In this document: positions 11,211 through 19,040 of the stretch, in pieces
Layout of the letters: each line of letters opens with the position of its first letter
Position numbering within the stretch: the stretch's first letter is position 1
NCBI GenBank assembly: GCA_964573245.1
Contig: CAZNJA010000023.1
Coordinates: 1 to 19,166 of the forward strand
Origin: an uncultured bacterium
GTDB lineage: Bacteria; CAIJMQ01
Reading direction: 5' to 3'
Length of the DNA stretch: 19,166 bases
Position numbers and translations under genes: made by a program
Notes under the pieces: generated by a model
What the model saw: only the letters and a program-made list of their open reading frames with translations
Told to the model about the DNA's origin: nothing
The model's database searches: none

Positions 11211-12704
11211 TTAATTAGGGAAAAATTTATTAAGCGCAGATACAACATCTTTTACGCCTATACATTCGATCTTGTCCGCCTTTGTTCCTGTGGCAGATGC
11301 GGATGAAGACAAATTTACAAAAGGTAGTATACACTTTTTAAACCCCAATTTCTCTGCCTCTTTTATTCTTGCTTTAATATTGGACACGCCTCTTACCTCG
11401 CCGGATAAGCCCACTTCGCCCACAAATAGAGTGCCGGCGGGCAGGGGTTTGTTTTTTAAAGAAGAAACAATTGCAAATATTACCGGCAAGTCTATCCCGG
11501 TTTCTTCTATCTTAATGCCTCCCGCCACATTAACGAATAAATCATATTTATGCAGCGGCGCGCCAAAAGTTTTCTCCAGAACGGCCAGCAAAAGAAGCAC
11601 CCTGTTATAATCCACGCCTGCTATTACTCTTCTGGGAAAATTCATTGATGTGGAAGTGGTTACAAGCGCTTGAATTTCTACTAAAAGAGGTCTTGTTCCT
11701 TCAATAGAAGAGGCGATAACGGTTCCGGGGGCGGGCGAAGGATTGCGTGACATAAAAATTTCGGAAGGATTTGGGATTTCTTTTAACCCTTTCTCGGTCA
11801 TTTCAAAAACGCCTATTTCCTGTGTGGAGCCGAATCTGTTTTTAAAAGTTTTTAAAATGCGGAAAGGACCCGTTTTTTCTCCTTCAAAATAAAGGACGGC
11901 ATCTACCATATGCTCTAATACCCTGGGCCCGGCAATTAAACCTTCTTTTGTAACATGGCCTATAAGAAAGAGGGCTTTAGAGCCCTTTTTTGTAAGTTGA
12001 ATTAAATCGGAGGCGCATTCTCTTATTTGTGATACGGAGCCCGGGGAAGAATTAACACCCGGCTTATATGCTGTTTGTATGGAATCTAAAATAATCCAAT
12101 CGGGCGAAGTTTCTTCTATGAATTTTTTTATCCTTTCCAAACTAACTTCACAAAGAATACTTAAATCTGCTTGCCCGCCTGCTTGCTCCGACGCCGCGTC
12201 GGAGCGGGCAGGTTTGTTGGGAGTGGATGAAAATATTTTTAATCTTTCGGCTCGCAGTTTAATTTGAGATAGTGATTCTTCGCCGGAAACATAAAGGACC
12301 TTTTTGCCTTTTTGCGAAGCCATTGCCGCAGCTTGTAAGAGAAGCGTTGACTTGCCGATGCCAGGCTCGCCGCCGATTAGAACAACATCGCCTTCTACTG
12401 TGCCGCCGCCCAAAACCCTGTCTAGTTCCGATATCCCAGTAGAAAATCTTTCCTGCCTTGATGAGCCGTTTCCGGCGAGGCAGGTTTGTTCTTGCTCTTT
12501 CCCGCCTGCTCCCGAAGAATGAGGGCGGGCAGGTATTTGGGAAAGAACGACAGGTTTATTCCCCCATACATGTTTATCTTGAACTTCGACGGGAGTTTCT
12601 TCTAAGAGAGTGTTCCAACTATCGCAGGAAGGACATTTACCCAACCACTTTATAGATGCATAACCGCAGTTTTGGCAAACAAAAGTCGTCTTTGGGTTTA
12701 CCAT
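11211..12704 (-). CDS. radA: DNA repair protein RadA/Sms containing in-frame palindromic insertions
   Basis: C4 zinc finger CQNCG...KCPSC, Walker A GGEPGIGKSTLL, DSIQT, GHVTKEG, KNRFG, EGTRPLLVEIQAL and GEVGLSGE. At 497 aa it is longer than the usual ~455-460 aa. Confidence 0.98.
   Translation of the reverse strand: MVNPKTTFVCQNCGYASIKWLGKCPSCDSWNTLLEETPVEVQDKHVWGNKPVVLSQIPARPHSSGAGGKEQEQTCLAGNGSSRQERFSTGISELDRVLGGGTVEGDVVLIGGEPGIGKSTLLLQAAAMASQKGKKVLYVSGEESLSQIKLRAERLKIFSSTPNKPARSDAASEQAGGQADLSILCEVSLERIKKFIEETSPDWIILDSIQTAYKPGVNSSPGSVSQIRECASDLIQLTKKGSKALFLIGHVTKEGLIAGPRVLEHMVDAVLYFEGEKTGPFRILKTFKNRFGSTQEIGVFEMTEKGLKEIPNPSEIFMSRNPSPAPGTVIASSIEGTRPLLVEIQALVTTSTSMNFPRRVIAGVDYNRVLLLLAVLEKTFGAPLHKYDLFVNVAGGIKIEETGIDLPVIFAIVSSLKNKPLPAGTLFVGEVGLSGEVRGVSNIKARIKEAEKLGFKKCILPFVNLSSSASATGTKADKIECIGVKDVVSALNKFFPN
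11272..11312. repeat. Degenerate palindromic element near the radA 3' end
   Basis: TTGTC (11272-11276)/GACAA (11308-11312) and TCCGC (11275-11279)/GCGGA (11299-11303); encodes LSSSASATGTKADK. Confidence 0.5.
12166..12212. repeat. CCTGC...GCAGG palindromic element in radA
   Basis: CCTGCTTGCTCCGACG (12178-12193)-CCG-CGTCGGAGCGGGCAGG (12197-12212): 16-bp arms with 2 G.T pairs, plus an extra half-site 12166-12177; encodes PARSDAASEQAGGQAD. Confidence 0.85.
12452..12484. repeat. 33-bp CCTGCC...GGCAGG palindromic element in radA
   Basis: CCTGCCT (12452-12458)/AGGCAGG (12478-12484), inner GCCG-TTTC-CGGC (12465-12476); encodes CLAGNGSSRQ. Confidence 0.8.
12501..12533. repeat. 33-bp palindromic element in radA with a second copy in the rpsB leader
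   Basis: CCCGCCTGCTCCCGAAGAATGAGGGCGGGCAGG encodes PARPHSSGAGG; 12499-12532 is 28/34 identical to 18203-18236. Confidence 0.8.
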
Positions 12705-12715
12705 ATAATTAGATA

Positions 12716-12750
12716 AAAAATTAAATATTAAAAATCAAATATCAAAAATG
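12716..12750. repeat. Degenerate heptamer tract (AAAWATY-type, five units)
   Basis: AAAAATT-AAATATT-AAAAATC-AAATATC-AAAAATG. Confidence 0.75.
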
Positions 12751-12811
12751 TAACATTACCGAAGACTAAAAAAAGCAAATTCTACAAATGATAACCTAGC
12801 ATTGTCAGTTA

Positions 12812-13222
12812 TCATGCAGGCATAAGAGGCAACAAAGCTGATATAAAAATAAAATAGCTAAGTATTATGCTTAATAGTAAAATTGCCGCATGTATACATC
12901 CTGCAAGCTTGCGATTTTTATATTTTATTTCTAAGGCGATTGCAGCTAAGGTAATAATAACAGTTAAAATATATCTTAAAAGATACGCGTCCCCAAACCT
13001 TATTAACAACTTAGTCATAGAAGGAAGCGCGTGGAAGTATGGACGCCACACATCAGCTATTCTTGGGATAGCGATACCTTCAGGATGAAGTGGACCAACA
13101 ATAAATTCAGGTAATATAACAATAGATATAAGAGAGCTACAACAAGCAAGTGTCAATAGTAAGACAGTAAAAAAACGAAGCTCATCATTTATAGTGGTTT
13201 CCTCAAGTTGTTCATTTTGCAT
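12812..13222 (-). CDS. Hypothetical membrane protein (about 3 TM)
   Basis: 136-aa ORF with hydrophobic segments filling the dnaB-radA gap in the same orientation; no family recognised. Confidence 0.7.
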   Translation of the reverse strand: MQNEQLEETTINDELRFFTVLLLTLACCSSLISIVILPEFIVGPLHPEGIAIPRIADVWRPYFHALPSMTKLLIRFGDAYLLRYILTVIITLAAIALEIKYKNRKLAGCIHAAILLLSIILSYFIFISALLPLMPA

Positions 13223-13245
13223 TTTAACTTTTGATTTTTACATTT
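13213..13245. repeat. Degenerate heptamer tract inverted relative to 12716-12750, overlapping the ORF start codon
   Basis: CATTTTG-CATTTTA-ACTTTTG-ATTTTTA-CATTT; on the minus strand AAATG-TAAAAAT-CAAAAGT-TAAAATG-CAAAATG. Confidence 0.7.
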
Positions 13246-13254
13246 CCTATAGAA

Positions 13255-14592
13255 CTATTCTTCACTTGTAAAAGATAAATCCTCAAATCTCGTATATTGC
13301 TTGATGAAAGATAGTTTTATAGTTCCTGTGGGGCCGTTTCTCTGTTTGGCTATATTTAGTTCTGCTTTTCCCTTTAACTCCTCATCGTCTTGCTTATAAT
13401 ACTCCTCCCTTAATAAAAGCATAACCACATCAGCGTCTTGCTCTAATGCCCCCGATTCTCTTAGGTCTGAAAGTATTGGGCGACGGTCATCTCCCCGCGT
13501 CTCGACTCTGCGGGAGAGTTGGGAAACGGCAATAACAGGAATTTGCAATTCTCTGGCTAAGCCTTTTAAAGCCCGAGATATTTCGGCTATCTCCTGCTGG
13601 CGGTTTTCGGATGCGGTCCCTGAACTCATAAGCTGTATATAGTCCAAAATAATAAGGGCAACGTCTTGTTTTGCTTTAAGCCTTCTTGCTTTAGCTCGCA
13701 GTTCCAAAGCATTAAGAGTGGATGAATCGTCTATAAATATTGGAGCATCAAAAAGAACTCCCGCACCTATTGATAATTTTGGCTCGTCTTTCTCTGCTAA
13801 ATATCCCGTTCTCAATTTATGCGAATCAACTCTTGCCTCCATACAGAGAAGTCGCTCCGCCACCTGCTCCTTAGACATTTCTAAAGAAAATATTGCGACA
13901 GGTTTTTTTTCTTCGACAGCAACATTCCTCGCAATATTTAAAGCAAGGCTTGTTTTCCCCATAGAGGGCCTGCCTGCAATGATTATAAGTTCAGGAGAAT
14001 GAAGCCCCGAAGTCCTTTCGTCCAAATCCTTGAATCCGGTGGGCAATCCTGTAATGTGTTCCTTCCTTCTAACGAGTTCGTCCACCATTTCCATGGAAAT
14101 GAGGTCTTTTATAGAAACGAATCCGGATGAAATTTTCTGTTGAGCGATATTGAAGATGTTTTGCTCCGCTTTGTCGAGGAGTTTGGAACCATCTTCTTTG
14201 CCGGCATAACATTTGTTTATTATGTCGGAAGAGACATCTATGAGTTCTCGCAGGACAGCTTTTTCTCTAACGATTGTCGCATAATGTTCTATATTTGCAG
14301 GAGTTGGGATTGAGGATAAAAGAGTGCTTAAAAAAGAAGCCCCGCCGATTTTTTCCAGTTCGCCTTTCTTTTTTAACCTATCCGTGAGAGATATTAAATC
14401 TACAGGTTTGTCGTCGTTATAAAGGTCTAATATTGCTCTAAATATCAATTGGTGTTCTTTTTGGTAAAAATGTTCGGGTTTTAATCTCTCCCCAGCAATA
14501 TCTATTAAGTTTTTATCTAGAAGGATAGAGCCTAAAACAGCAATTTCCGCTTCTATGTTTTGTGGGGGGACCATGTCCGGAGAATTTTTCAT
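13255..14592 (-). CDS. dnaB: Replicative DNA helicase DnaB
   Basis: PPQNIEAE.AVLG, TGF.DLD, IAGRPSMGKT, FSLEMS, DYIQL, SQLSR, SDLRESGALEQDADVV and AKQRNGPTG; no intein. Confidence 0.99.
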   Translation of the reverse strand: MKNSPDMVPPQNIEAEIAVLGSILLDKNLIDIAGERLKPEHFYQKEHQLIFRAILDLYNDDKPVDLISLTDRLKKKGELEKIGGASFLSTLLSSIPTPANIEHYATIVREKAVLRELIDVSSDIINKCYAGKEDGSKLLDKAEQNIFNIAQQKISSGFVSIKDLISMEMVDELVRRKEHITGLPTGFKDLDERTSGLHSPELIIIAGRPSMGKTSLALNIARNVAVEEKKPVAIFSLEMSKEQVAERLLCMEARVDSHKLRTGYLAEKDEPKLSIGAGVLFDAPIFIDDSSTLNALELRAKARRLKAKQDVALIILDYIQLMSSGTASENRQQEIAEISRALKGLARELQIPVIAVSQLSRRVETRGDDRRPILSDLRESGALEQDADVVMLLLREEYYKQDDEELKGKAELNIAKQRNGPTGTIKLSFIKQYTRFEDLSFTSEE

Positions 14593-14640
14593 AATACCCT
14601 TACCTCACTTATTTTGGTAGTAATAAAAAGAGAATTTCGT

Positions 14641-14707
14641 TAGCCGGCCAACCAGTTTGCCAGTTTAAAGATTAACCATTAACCTGCTCACCCGTTAACC
14701 GGTTAAC
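14641..14707. repeat. Degenerate octamer tract (TAACCNGT-like) between frr and dnaB
   Basis: TAGCCGGC-CAACCAGT-TTGCCAGT...TAACCAT-TAACCTGC-TCACCCGT-TAACCGGT-TAAC. Confidence 0.6.
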
Positions 14708-14717
14708 AAAGGCACCA

Positions 14718-15272
14718 TTAAACCGTTCCGATTTCTTTTTCCTTCTCTGCCAAACTCTTATTGATTTTTTCTATATAGCTGGAAGTCAGTTGTTCGAGTT
14801 CTTTCAACCCTCTTTTTACATCATCTTCAGAAATATGCTCTTCTTTTTCTGTCTTTTCGATTTCTTCTTTTGCGTCTCGTCTTCTGTTGCGAATGGACAC
14901 CCTTGCTTCTTCGGCTACTTTATGGACGATTTTAATGAGTTCTTGTCTTCTTTCGTGGGAAAGAGGCGGGACCGGTATTTTTATCCCTTCTCCTTCTATC
15001 GAAGGCATTAAACCTAAGTTAGCCGCTAAGATTGCATTTTTGATTTCGCTTATTACAGCTTTGTCCCATGGCTTTACGACAATTAAGCTGGCGTCTGCCG
15101 TTACGGTTGCCAAATGATTGACCGGAGTAGGTGTCCCATAATAAGGGACCCTGACGTTATCAAGAAGCGATGGGCTTGCCTTGCCGGTTCTTATAACGCT
15201 GAATTCATGATTCAGATTGTTAATGCATTGCTTCATATTTTCCTCTGTTTTTTTCAAAATATCTTTAATCAT
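14718..15272 (-). CDS. frr: Ribosome recycling factor
   Basis: IRTGKASPSLLD.V.V.YYG.PTP, KPWDK, PPLSHERRQEL.K, ARVSIRNRRRDA and ISEDD; GGAGG RBS. Confidence 0.98.
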   Translation of the reverse strand: MIKDILKKTEENMKQCINNLNHEFSVIRTGKASPSLLDNVRVPYYGTPTPVNHLATVTADASLIVVKPWDKAVISEIKNAILAANLGLMPSIEGEGIKIPVPPLSHERRQELIKIVHKVAEEARVSIRNRRRDAKEEIEKTEKEEHISEDDVKRGLKELEQLTSSYIEKINKSLAEKEKEIGTV

Positions 15273-15304
15273 AAATCCTCCCTCTTATAAAAGTTAAAAA
15301 TTTT

Positions 15305-15598
15305 CTATTCTTTTTTCTTCTTTTCTTGAATTTCACGTTGTTTTTTATTGATATATATAATAGCCATTGGTAAAGCTATTAAATATACAATCCACGGCAA
15401 GAAATTATATGGCTTAGGTAGCAGGATAAGTGATAAAAGAAAAACCATACTGGCAATCCAAAAAACAATCGCGGCTTTAATCATAAAAGCTTTTTCCTTG
15501 GGGCCGTTGGTGTTTTTAATGCTGGCATAAGTTCCTATTAACCCGCCTATAATTCCTATAGTTACTCCTAGTATTCCGCCTATTAACCCCGCGTTCAT
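15305..15598 (-). CDS. Small hypothetical membrane protein (Gly-rich first TM, about 3 TM)
   Basis: 97 aa; GLIGGILGVTIGIIGGLIG glycine-zipper-like helix, two more hydrophobic segments and a basic C-tail; abuts the upstream ORF. Confidence 0.75.
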   Translation of the reverse strand: MNAGLIGGILGVTIGIIGGLIGTYASIKNTNGPKEKAFMIKAAIVFWIASMVFLLSLILLPKPYNFLPWIVYLIALPMAIIYINKKQREIQEKKKKE

Positions 15599-15961
15599 TT
15601 ATAAAACCTTTCTCCTGTAAGGAATTTTTGTATTATTCTTTTTATCCTTTTCTTGAATATAGTACGTTCTAAATATATATATCACAAAAATTAGATTACC
15701 AATAAAAAAGACAAGCATACGGTTGTTGCGGGGCAATGTTGGAGATGATAAAAATATAATATAAATTATCCCCACAACTAAAATTATAATAAGATGCTTT
15801 ATCTGCTTTCGCGACAGAGGTTTTGCTCTTATTTGTTTGGTGTCATTTTTAAAGTTTTTAATAGCCGGGATGAATACCGAAAAAAGCATTAATCCCACAA
15901 ATAAAACCATTGCGAAAGCCCAAAACCATCCCAGAGTCCTTTCCCATAATGTTAACTCCAT
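15599..15961 (-). CDS. Small hypothetical membrane protein (about 3 TM)
   Basis: 120-aa ORF with three hydrophobic stretches starting 9 nt after the pyrH stop. Confidence 0.7.
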   Translation of the reverse strand: MELTLWERTLGWFWAFAMVLFVGLMLFSVFIPAIKNFKNDTKQIRAKPLSRKQIKHLIIILVVGIIYIIFLSSPTLPRNNRMLVFFIGNLIFVIYIFRTYYIQEKDKKNNTKIPYRRKVL

Positions 15962-15970
15962 AGCAACTTT

Positions 15971-16687
15971 TTATTTTATTATTGTCCCGACTTTTTCGCC
16001 TTTTAATATTTTTTTGATGCTGTGGGGATTCTTTATGTCGCAGACTATAATCGGAATATTATTTTCTCTGCATAGAGATATCGCCGTCAAGTCCATTACT
16101 TTCAAATTTTTTTCTAAGACTTGTTGGTAAGTAAGTTGTTTGAATTTTTTCGCTTTAGGATTGATTTTCGGGTCGCTGTCATAAACCCCGTCCACTTTGG
16201 TTGCTTTTAATAATATGTCGGCGTTTAATTCTACGGCTCTTAATGCGGCGGCCGTGTCGGTTGTAAAGTAAGCATTGCCTGTACCTCCCGCAAAAATGAC
16301 TGTTTTGCCGTTTGCCAAAAGTTCTACAGATCTTTCTTTAGAAAACAAGGGACATATATTCTTTACTTCTAACGCGCTCATAATGCAACTGTCTATGCCG
16401 TTTTTTGACAGGACGTCTTTTAAATGAAGAGCATTGATTAATGTGCCAATCATTCCCATATAATCCGAAGCATATCTATCTATTCCCTTGTCCTGCGCAT
16501 TTATTCCGCGGATGATATTTCCGGCGCCGATAACCATGCCGATTTCCAGAGAGGCGGTTTTTTTTATGTTTTTTATCTGTGAAATGAATTGGTTAAGAGG
16601 GCTGTTGGCGGAAATTTTATCTTTGGGATTACCCAAAAATTCTCCTGAAAGTTTTATTAATACGCGTTTGCGCAAAGGTTTTGGCAT
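15971..16687 (-). CDS. pyrH: Uridylate kinase
   Basis: RVLIKLSGE, GAGNI.RG, DYMGMIGT.INAL, GTGNAYFTTDTAAALRA.E, KVDGVYDSDP and LKVMDLTA. Confidence 0.98.
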   Translation of the reverse strand: MPKPLRKRVLIKLSGEFLGNPKDKISANSPLNQFISQIKNIKKTASLEIGMVIGAGNIIRGINAQDKGIDRYASDYMGMIGTLINALHLKDVLSKNGIDSCIMSALEVKNICPLFSKERSVELLANGKTVIFAGGTGNAYFTTDTAAALRAVELNADILLKATKVDGVYDSDPKINPKAKKFKQLTYQQVLEKNLKVMDLTAISLCRENNIPIIVCDIKNPHSIKKILKGEKVGTIIK

Positions 16688-16757
16688 AGGCTCTTCGTTT
16701 TGCTTGCCGGTAGCCCCCGGTATTAGTTAGGGCTACTTGCCATTCTATCCTAAAATA

Positions 16758-17354
16758 CTACTGTTCACCAAGTTGGTAACGAATAAAACGGTTCACTCGA
16801 ATATTTTCTTTTATTTTGCCTATATATTCGTCTATGAGTTCGCCTATCGTTTTGTTGGGGTCTTTAATAAACGGCTGGTTTAGCAGGCAAACTTCGGAAT
16901 AAAACTTTTTGAGTTTTCCTTGTGTTATTTTCTCTATTACAGCCGCAGGTTTATCCGCAGACTGGGAGTTGTATAATTCGGTTTCCTTTTTGATAACTTC
17001 TTCAGGAATGTCTTTCTGCGAAACATATTTGGGATTGCTTGCAGCAATGTGCATTGTAATGTCTTTTACCAAATTTTTAAACTCTTCCGTTCTTGCTACA
17101 AAATCCGTTTCACAGTTGATTTCCACCAAAACGCCGATTTTGCCGCCAAAATGTATATATGAGGCAATTCTTCCTTCCGAGGTTACTCTTTCTTTTTTCT
17201 CCTGACCTTTTACAATTCCCTTCTTCCTTAAAATTGCCGCAGCTTTTGTCAGGTCGCCGCTTGCCTCTTCCAAAGAGGTTTTACAGTCCATGATAGGCGC
17301 GTCGGTTCTTTCTCTCAATTTCTTCACAAGTCCTATATCTATCTTGTTGCTCAT
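16758..17354 (-). CDS. tsf: Translation elongation factor Ts (short 198-aa type)
   Basis: [44 protein letters not shown] and L..Q.FIKDP; its start overlaps the rpsB stop. Confidence 0.98.
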   Translation of the reverse strand: MSNKIDIGLVKKLRERTDAPIMDCKTSLEEASGDLTKAAAILRKKGIVKGQEKKERVTSEGRIASYIHFGGKIGVLVEINCETDFVARTEEFKNLVKDITMHIAASNPKYVSQKDIPEEVIKKETELYNSQSADKPAAVIEKITQGKLKKFYSEVCLLNQPFIKDPNKTIGELIDEYIGKIKENIRVNRFIRYQLGEQ

Positions 17355-18184
17355 TCTGCACCCCCGCCGTGAGTTGCTGCCGGCTTCTTCTCTTCTATCG
17401 TTTGTTCGGAGGTTTCTTTTGTTTTTTCTTTTTCGGCCATTTCAGGAGAGCCCTTTTCCGGATTCTCTTTTTGGGCTTTCTTGATTGATTTGATAGCTTC
17501 TTTTCTCCCTTCTAAAATCCCATCCGCCAATTTGGAAGCGATTAATTTTATAGCTCTTATAGTGTCGTCGTTCGCAGGGATAGGATAATTGATTTCTTCG
17601 GGGTCGCAGTTCGTATCTACCAAAGCCACAATCGGTATACCCAATTTTTTTGCTTCCGCCACGGCTATTTTTTCTCTGTGTGGGTCAACGATAAACATGC
17701 AATCCGGAAATTTGTCCATGTTTTTTATGCCTGCGAAATTTTTTTCGAGTTTTGCTTTCTCTTTTTTTAACTTGGATGCTTCTTTTTTGATTAGCTGGTC
17801 AATTTTCCCGGTTTCTTCCATCTTTTCAATCTCTTTAAGGCGGGATATGGACTTTTTAAGCGTCTCGAAATTTGTTAATGTTCCACCGAGCCATCTGTCA
17901 ACTACATAAAAAAGTTCTGCTCGCTTAGCTTCTGACAGTATTGCTTCCTGCGCTTGTTTTTTTGTCCCGACAAACAAAAAGGTTTTATCTTGCGACGCCA
18001 ATTTTTTCATGAAATCGTAGGCTTCCTGGAATTTTTTCACGGTTTTGGTTAAATCAATAATATGTATGCCTTCTTTTTTGCCATATATATACTGCGCCAT
18101 TTTGGGATTCCACCTGTTTGTAGGATGCCCGAAATGCAGAGCCACTTCCAGTGCTTCAGATATAGAAATAACTTCTTTGGTCAA
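17351..18184 (-). CDS. rpsB: 30S ribosomal protein S2
   Basis: HFGH...[33 protein letters not shown] and VDTNCDP...IPANDD; TTG start with AAGGAGG RBS. Confidence 0.98.
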   Translation of the reverse strand: MTKEVISISEALEVALHFGHPTNRWNPKMAQYIYGKKEGIHIIDLTKTVKKFQEAYDFMKKLASQDKTFLFVGTKKQAQEAILSEAKRAELFYVVDRWLGGTLTNFETLKKSISRLKEIEKMEETGKIDQLIKKEASKLKKEKAKLEKNFAGIKNMDKFPDCMFIVDPHREKIAVAEAKKLGIPIVALVDTNCDPEEINYPIPANDDTIRAIKLIASKLADGILEGRKEAIKSIKKAQKENPEKGSPEMAEKEKTKETSEQTIEEKKPAATHGGGAE

Positions 18185-18202
18185 AGTTTTCCTCCTTATA
18201 CG

Positions 18203-18237
18203 TTCCCGTCCGGTCCCGAAGAATAAGGGCAGACAGA
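18203..18237. repeat. Second copy of the radA 12499-12533 palindromic element in the rpsB 5' UTR
   Basis: TTCCCGTCCGGTCCCGAAGAATAAGGGCAGACAG versus TTCCCGCCTGCTCCCGAAGAATGAGGGCGGGCAG, 28/34 ungapped. Confidence 0.75.
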
Positions 18238-18310
18238 TTAATTCTTAATTTTGCCCCGATGTGTCATCGGAATGGGTTTTTGGCAATCTAAAAAAATTCT
18301 AGAGCCCAAG

Positions 18311-18340
18311 ATTATATCACAGCTGGAAATTTTATTGCAA
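18311..18340 (-). promoter_or_regulatory. Putative sigma70 promoter of the rpsB-tsf operon
   Basis: Minus strand TTGCAA (18340-18335), 18-nt spacer, extended -10 TGaTATAAT (-10 at 18316-18311). Confidence 0.7.
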
Positions 18341-18424
18341 TTGCAAGGAAAAACTTCTCTTTTTGTATATCCAAAGGCATTTGGGAAATTTAGGGGGGGA
18401 CCTATGTTTTAATGCGGTTGGTTT

Positions 18425-19036
18425 TTATTTGTCTAAAACCGTAATAATCGCGAATGTTACAAAATATCCGGCCGCACTTGCCAAAAAAGCCAAAGAAAAC
18501 GGCCATGTGTTTGTATAGTGCAGGATCAAGGTTATTGCCATAGTTGCGATAACAGGTTTTTCAAGGGTTTTGTAAAGAGGTAACTTTATGCTTACTTTAG
18601 TAAGAAAAAATACAGTAAAAATAAACATAATTGCCAGATTTATTACAATAGTTGTGCATAATCCTACTAAACCATAACGGGGAGTGAGATAAAAATTTAA
18701 CGGGATGTACGATATGGTTCCTATTACTAAAGATGAGAAAATGATCCACTTTTTGTTTAGAACTCCAGTTATCCCTATAAGGAAAATATCATAATAAATA
18801 AGGATTATAGCCCAGACTATTATCTGAAAAGGTAAAGTTAGAATTTCTAATGCTTCCTTAGAGAAGAAAAAGAGAATATTTTGCGCCCTAAATGCAACAA
18901 AGGCAACAAGAGGGAACAAGAAGATAGATGTTATCCGCAGATTTTCAAATTGGTTATCTAAAAATGCTTGCCCTGAATCGTCCGCCATTGATTCGGTGGC
19001 GGACTGCTTCAAGGATTGATTTTCTTTGTCCGACAT
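18425..19036 (-). CDS. Membrane protein resembling the C-terminal half of a polysaccharide flippase (Polysacc_synt_C-like)
   Basis: 203 aa from the ATG at 19036, 4 nt after the gpsA stop; LNFYLTPRYGLVG resembles the LN..LIP.YG..GA flippase motif; about 6 TM. Confidence 0.65.
   Translation of the reverse strand: MSDKENQSLKQSATESMADDSGQAFLDNQFENLRITSIFLFPLVAFVAFRAQNILFFFSKEALEILTLPFQIIVWAIILIYYDIFLIGITGVLNKKWIIFSSLVIGTISYIPLNFYLTPRYGLVGLCTTIVINLAIMFIFTVFFLTKVSIKLPLYKTLEKPVIATMAITLILHYTNTWPFSLAFLASAAGYFVTFAIITVLDK
18980..19004. repeat. GTCCGCCA...TGGCGGAC palindromic element in-frame in the flippase-like ORF
   Basis: Perfect 8-bp arms 18980-18987/18997-19004 with a 9-nt loop; lies in QSATESMADD. 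Confidence 0.7.
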
Positions 19037-19040
19037 AAAG

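Noticed and set aside
11432-11446. CCTGCCCGCCGGCA in radA (PLPAG) as a fifth element
   Set aside because: It falls at the normal RadA 'kplp' position, adds no obvious length and lacks a full second arm; probably codon coincidence.
13255-14592. Intein in DnaB
   Set aside because: Normal length with contiguous helicase motifs.
16758-17354. EF-Ts truncated or pseudogene
   Set aside because: Short ~200-aa EF-Ts is an established form (e.g. Thermus type) and the ORF is intact.
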